Shown: in pieces, positions 63,548-64,000 of the stretch
How the letters are laid out: each line of letters opens with the position of its first letter
Position numbering within the stretch: position 1 is the first letter of the stretch
Assembly (NCBI GenBank): GCA_023898465.1
Contig: CP060223.1
Span: 576,001 to 640,000 of the forward strand
From: Candidatus Nomurabacteria bacterium
GTDB lineage: Bacteria > Patescibacteriota > Patescibacteriia > HK-STAS-PATE-3
Direction of reading: 5' to 3'
Length of the DNA stretch: 64,000 nucleotides
Made by a program: the position numbers and the translations under genes
Notes under the pieces: model-generated
What the model was told of the DNA's origin: nothing
The model's database searches: none
What the model saw: the letters and a program-made list of their open reading frames with translations, nothing else

Positions 63548-64000
63548 ATGGACACGCAGCTTCAGCAACTTCGCACCCGTCATCAGGAACTCGCCGTTCA
63601 GCTTCAGCAACCGGAGCTCATGCAAAACCCGGACAAGCTTCGCACACTTTCAAAAGAGTTTGCCGAGCTTAGTGAAGTCGTGAACTTAGCTGATCAGCTT
63701 GATCAGGTGCATTCTTCGCTTACGCAAACGCAGGAAAGTCTCAAGGATGAACAGGATCCTGAGATGCTTGCCCTTGGTGAAGAGGAGATCGCCAAACTGA
63801 ATGCCCAGAGAGATGAGCTACAGCAAAAACTCAATGCGGAATTAAACCCACCTGACCCACTGGATAAGAAGGACGTTATTGTGGAAATTCGGGCCGGGGC
63901 TGGCGGTGATGAAGCGGCTCTTTTTGCGGCTGAGCTTTTCCGCGCCTATGCACGCTACGCCGAAGAGCATGATTGGAGCACTACCCTACTCTCGATGAGT
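63548..64000 (+). CDS. prfA: Peptide chain release factor 1, N-terminal part (runs off window end)
   Basis: MDTQLQQLRTRHQELAVQLQQPELMQNPDKLRTLSKEFAEL and later IRAGAGGDEAALFAAELFRAY match RF1 domains 1-2. rpmE-prfA adjacency is common. Confidence 0.8.
   Translation, partial: MDTQLQQLRTRHQELAVQLQQPELMQNPDKLRTLSKEFAELSEVVNLADQLDQVHSSLTQTQESLKDEQDPEMLALGEEEIAKLNAQRDELQQKLNAELNPPDPLDKKDVIVEIRAGAGGDEAALFAAELFRAYARYAEEHDWSTTLLSMS

Noticed and set aside
1-64000. Search for CRISPR arrays, IS elements/transposases, rRNA genes and prophage integrases
   Set aside because: No direct-repeat/spacer arrays, no transposase/integrase-like ORFs, and no 16S/23S/5S signatures were seen anywhere in the window.

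Overview
This 64 kb window reads as a compact, gene-dense bacterial chromosome segment of roughly 45-48% GC. Most genes lie on the minus strand, with short or overlapping gene junctions. The gene content is housekeeping plus cell-envelope. Specific genes are named only where motifs I can see in the translations support them.

Genes identified:
- A fragmented division/cell-wall (dcw) cluster: mraZ, rsmH, ftsL, a class B penicillin-binding protein and murF.
- Envelope and lipid-carrier genes: glmS, mltG, uppS, uppP, a PAP2 phosphatase and a polyprenyl synthetase.
- Ribosomal and translation genes: rplL, rplJ, rpsB, tsf, rpmG, rpmE and a partial prfA.
- Five tRNAs: Pro, Trp, Thr (two) and Tyr.
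- A lexA gene followed by a Y-family polymerase.
- A uvrD/pcrA helicase, mutM, rarA and tsaB.
- A sortase flanked by three surface proteins, two carrying LPxTG-like sorting signals and one a Big_2-like domain with C-terminal TM helices.
- A histidine kinase next to three tandem single-domain response regulators.
- Two ABC transport systems.

The partial tuf/secE synteny, the sortase plus LPxTG proteins and the many single-domain receivers suggest a small-genome Gram-positive-like lineage, possibly Patescibacteria/CPR. That placement is inference only.

The most interesting material is non-coding:
1. Two copies of a roughly 190-240 nt RNA element sit immediately 3' of tRNA-Trp and tRNA-Tyr. They differ by compensatory base changes in several stems, which argues for a conserved structured RNA.
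2. A roughly 750 bp GC-rich island (about 60-65% GC) between uvrD and lexA has no credible ORF. It carries successive intrinsic-terminator hairpins and promoter-like hexamers on the minus strand, so it is a candidate ncRNA or foreign remnant.
3. An identical 16-mer, TTCGGTTTTTCTTCGG, lies inside the lexA promoter spacer and again directly upstream of the Y-family polymerase start. It is a candidate direct-repeat SOS operator.
4. That polymerase has lost the first catalytic Asp motif, making it ImuB-like.
5. The mraZ leader carries GTGG(G) repeats that match the DnaA-box consensus.
6. A 600 bp gene-free insertion in the dcw cluster has promoter and terminator signals and a CU-rich tract.

No CRISPR array, IS element or rRNA was seen.
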